A DNA stretch of 64,000 nucleotides from Balanoglossus misakiensis. Taxonomy: Eukaryota > Animalia > Hemichordata. The translations under genes were made by a program, and so were the position numbers. The stretch spans positions 5,642,001 to 5,706,000 of the forward strand of contig CM082590.2 in assembly GCA_040954595.2 (NCBI GenBank). Reading direction: 5' to 3'. Below, piece by piece: positions 59,751 to 64,000 of the stretch (its first letter is position 1; each line of letters starts with the position of its first letter). Under the pieces are notes generated by a model that was given only the letters and a program-made list of their open reading frames with translations, had not been told where the DNA came from and made no database searches.

Positions 59751-62700
59751 ACAATTTGGGCGAAGAAATAATATATATCTGATGCACTCTACAAGTTGCA
59801 CCCAAATATTTTTAAAGAATGTTTTCAGAAAAGCAACTTTGGATCAACCAGCTCACCTAGGCTACAATTATTGCAGCTATCATAGGAAGGGCACATTTGG
59901 AACAACTCCCCCCCCCCCCCCCCACACACACACACAATTTGGGCGAATAAACAATATATATCCGTTGCAGTCTACAAGTTGCACCCAAATATTTTTAAAG
60001 AATGTTTTCAGAAAAGCAACTTTGGATCAACCAGCTCACCTAGGCTACAATTATTGCAGCTATCATAGGAAGGGCACATTTGGAACAACTCCCCCCCCCC
60101 CCCCCACACACACACACACAATTTGGGCGAAGAAACAATATATATCCGTTGCAGTCTACAAGTTGCACCCAAATATTTTTAAAGAATGTTTTCAGAAAAG
60201 CAACTTTGGATCAACCAGCTCACCTAGGCTACAATTATTGCAGCTATCATAGGAAGGGCACATTTGGAACAACTCCCCCCCCCCCCACACACACACACAA
60301 TTTGGGCGAATAAACAATATATATCCGTTGCAGTCTACAAGTTGCACCCAAATATTTTTAAAGAATGTTTTCAGAAAAGCATCTTTGGATCAACCAGCTC
60401 ACCTAGGCTACAATTATTGCAGCTATCATAGGAAGGGCACATTTGGAACAACTCCCCCCCCCCCCCCCCACACACACACACACAATTTGGGCGAAGAAAA
60501 AATATATATCCGATGCACTCTACAAGTTGCACCCAAATATTTTTAAAGAATGTTTTCAGAAAAGCAACTTTGGATCAACCAGCTCACCTAGGCTACAATT
60601 ATTGCAGCTATCATATGAAGGGCACATTTGGAACAACTCCCCCCCCCCCCCCCCACACACACACAATTTGGGCGAAGAAACAATATATATCTGATGCAGT
60701 CTACAAGTTGCACCCAAATATTTTTAAAGAATGTTTTCAGAAAAGCAACTTTGGATCAACCAGCTCACTTAGGCTACAATTATTGCAGCTATCATATGAA
60801 GGGCACATTTTGAATACCCCCCCCCCCACACACACACACACACAATTTGGGCGAAGAAAAAATATATATCTGATGCACTCTACAAGTTGCACCCAAATAT
60901 TTTTAAAGAATGTTTTCAGAAAAGCAACTTTGGATCAACCAGCTCACCTAGGCCACAATTATTGCAGCTATCATAGGAAGGGCACATTTTGAATAACTCC
61001 CCCCCCCCCCCCACACACACACACAATTTGGGCGAATAAACAATATATATCCGTTGCAGTCTACAAGTTGCACCCAAATATTTTTAAAGAATGTTTTCAG
61101 AAAAGCAACTTTGGATCAACCAGCTCACTTAGGCCACAATTATTGCAGCTATCATATGAAGGGCACATTTTGAACAACCCGCCCCCCCACCACACACACA
61201 CACACACACAATTTGGGCGAATAAACAATATATATCTGATGCAGTCTACAAGTTGCACCCAAATATTTTTAAAGAATGTTTTCAGAAAAGCAACTTTGGA
61301 TCAACCAGCTCACCTAGGCCACAATTATTGCAGCTATCATATGAAGGGCACATTTTGAATAACCCCCCCCCCCCCCCACACACACACACACACAATTTGG
61401 GCGAATAAACAATATATATCCGTTGCAGTCTACAAGTTGCACCCAAATATTTTTAAAGAATGTTTTCAGAAAAGCAACTTTGGATCAACCAGCCCACCTA
61501 GGCTACAATTATTGCAGCTATCATAGGAAGGGCACATTTGGAACAACTCCCCTCCCCCCCCCACACACACACACAATTTGGGCGAAGAAACAATATATAT
61601 CTGATGCACTCTACAAGTTGCACCCAAATATTTTTAAAGAATGTTTTCAGAAAAGCAACTTTGGATCAACCAGCTCACCTAGGCTACAATTATTGCAGCT
61701 ATCATAGGAAGGGCACATTTGGAACACCCCCCCCCCCCCCACACACACACACAATTTGGGCGAAGAAAAAATATATATCTGATGCACTCTACAAGTTGCA
61801 CCCAAATATTTTTAAATATGTTTTCAGAAAAGCAACTTTGGATCAACCAGCTCACCTAGGCTACAATTATTGCAGCTATCATAGGAAGAGCACATTTGGA
61901 ACAACCCCCCCCCCCACACACACACACACACACAATTTGGGCGAAGAAACAATATATATCCGATGCACTCTACAAGTTGCACCCAAATATTTTAAAGAAT
62001 GTGAGGCTACAATTATTGCAGCTATCATAGGAAGGGCACATTTGGAACAACCCCCCCCCCCCTCCCCCACACACACACACAATTTGGGCGAAGAAACAAT
62101 ATATATCTGATGCAGTCTACAAGTTGCACCCAAATATTTTTAAAGAATGTTTTCAGAAAAGCAACTTTGGATCAACCAGCCCACCTAGGCTACAATTATT
62201 GCAGCTATCATAGGAAGGACACATTTGGAACAACCCCCCCCCCTCCCCCACACACACACACAATTTGGGCGAAGAAACAATATATATCTGATGCAGTCTA
62301 CAAGTTGCACCCAAATATTTTTAAAGAATGTTTTCAGAAAAGCAACTTTGGATCAACCAGCTCACCTAGGCTACAATTATTGCAGCTATCATAGGAAGGG
62401 CACATTTGGAACAACCCCCCCCCCCCCCCCCACACACACACACAATTTGGGCGAAGAAAAAATATATATCTGATGCAGTCTACAAGTTGCACCCAAATAT
62501 TTTTAAAGAATGTTTTCAGAAAAGCAACTTTGGATCAATCAGCTCACCTAGGCTACAATTATTGCAGCTATCATAGGAAGGGCACATTTGGAACAATCCC
62601 CCCCCCACCACACACAGAGAATAATATAGATCCGATGCAGTCTACAAGTTGCACCCAAATATTTTTAAAGAATGTTTTCAGAAAAGCAACTTTGGATCAA

Positions 62701-64000
62701 TCAGCTCACCTAGGCTACAATTATTGCAGCTATCATAGGAAGGGCACATTTGGAACAATCCCCCCCCCCCCCACCACACACAGAGAATAATATAGATCCG
62801 ATGCAGTCTACAAGTTGCACCCAAATATTTTTAAAGAATGTTTTCAGAAAAGCAACTTTGGATCAACCAGCTCACCTAGGCTATAATTATTACAGCTATC
62901 ATAGGAAGGGCACATTTGGAATAACCCCCCCCCCCCCCCCACACACACACACACACACACAATTTGGGCGAAGAAACAATATATATCCGATGCAGTCTAC
63001 AAGTTACACCCAAATATTTTTAAAGAATGTTTTCAGAAAAGCAACTTTGGATCAACCAGCCCACCTAGGCTACAATTATTGCAGCTATCATAGGAAGGGC
63101 ACATTTGGAACAACCCCCCCCCCCCCCCACACACACACACAATTTGGGCGAAGAAAAAATATATATCTGATGCACTCTACAAGTTGCACCCAAATATTTT
63201 TAAAGAATGTTTTCAGAAAAGCAACTTTGGATCAACCAGCCCACCTAGGCTACAATTAGTGCAGCTATCATAGGAAGGGCACATTTGGAACAACCCCCCC
63301 CCCCCCCACCACACACACAGAATAATATATATCCGATGCAGTCTACAAGTTGCACCCAAATATTTTTAAAGAATGTTTTCAGAAAAGCAACTTTGGATCA
63401 ACCAGCTCACCTAGGCTATAATTATTACAGCTATCATAGGAAGGGCACATTTGGAACAACCCCCCCCCCCCCCCCACACACACACACACACACACAATTT
63501 GGGCGAAGAAACAATATATATCCGATGCAGTCTACAAGTTACACCCAAATATTTTTAAAGAATGTTTTCAGAAAAGCAACTTTGGATCAACCAGCCCACC
63601 TAGGCTACAATTATTACAGCTATCATAGGAAGGGCACATTTGGAACAACCCCCCCCCCCCCCCACCACACACACAGAATAATATATATCCGATGCAGTCT
63701 ACAAGTTACACCCAAATATTTTTAAAGAATGTGCTCAGAAAAGCAACTTTGGATCAACCAGCTCACCTAGGCTACAATTATTGCAGCTATCATAGGAAGG
63801 GCACATTTGGAACAACCCCCCCCCCCCCACCACACACACACACACAATTTGGGCGAAGAAAAAATATATATCTGATGCACTCAACAAGTTGCACCCAAAT
63901 ATTTTTAAAGAATGTTTTCAGAAAAGCAACCGTGGATCAACCAGCCCACCTAGGCTACAATTATTGCAGCTATCATAGGAAGGGCACATTTGGAACAACT
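56939..64000. repeat. ~180-bp satellite with internal poly-C/(CA)n, ~39 copies, running off the window
   Basis: GATCAACCAGC(C/T)CACCTAGGCTACAATTATTGCAGC...TCTACAAGTTGCACCCAAAT repeated. Confidence 0.97.

Noticed and set aside
53440-64000. Numerous ORFs in the terminal satellites
   Set aside because: Frames shift with homopolymer length, so these are repeat translations.

Overview
Animal genomic DNA with spliced GT-AG genes and many repeats, probably from a marine invertebrate (inference). It holds two host genes arranged head to head. On the - strand is the first coding exon of a CDK4/6 kinase (~2.8-3.0 kb). On the + strand is a 14-exon, ~970-aa kinase-less ROCO (DAPK-like) gene, Ankyrin-Roc-COR-Death (8157-49430), assembled here by hand from splice sites and phases. 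Its ankyrin repeats are encoded one per phase-0 exon. Three of these exons (30222, 32383, 38017) lie in recently duplicated ~2.16-kb cassettes. The introns of the cassettes are nearly identical, but the exons differ by 12-17 of 99 nt, almost entirely non-synonymously and mainly at the binding-surface positions randomised in DARPins. This is a candidate diversifying innate-immune receptor system and the main finding. The introns also hold an apparently intact 13-kb CACTA/EnSpm transposon (two divergent spliced genes plus a highly self-complementary 3' region), a decayed Ngaro/DIRS-type retrotransposon, hAT remnants, a CR1-like LINE and several MITEs. Satellite arrays of 178, 225, 142, ~79 and ~180 bp fill much of the rest.
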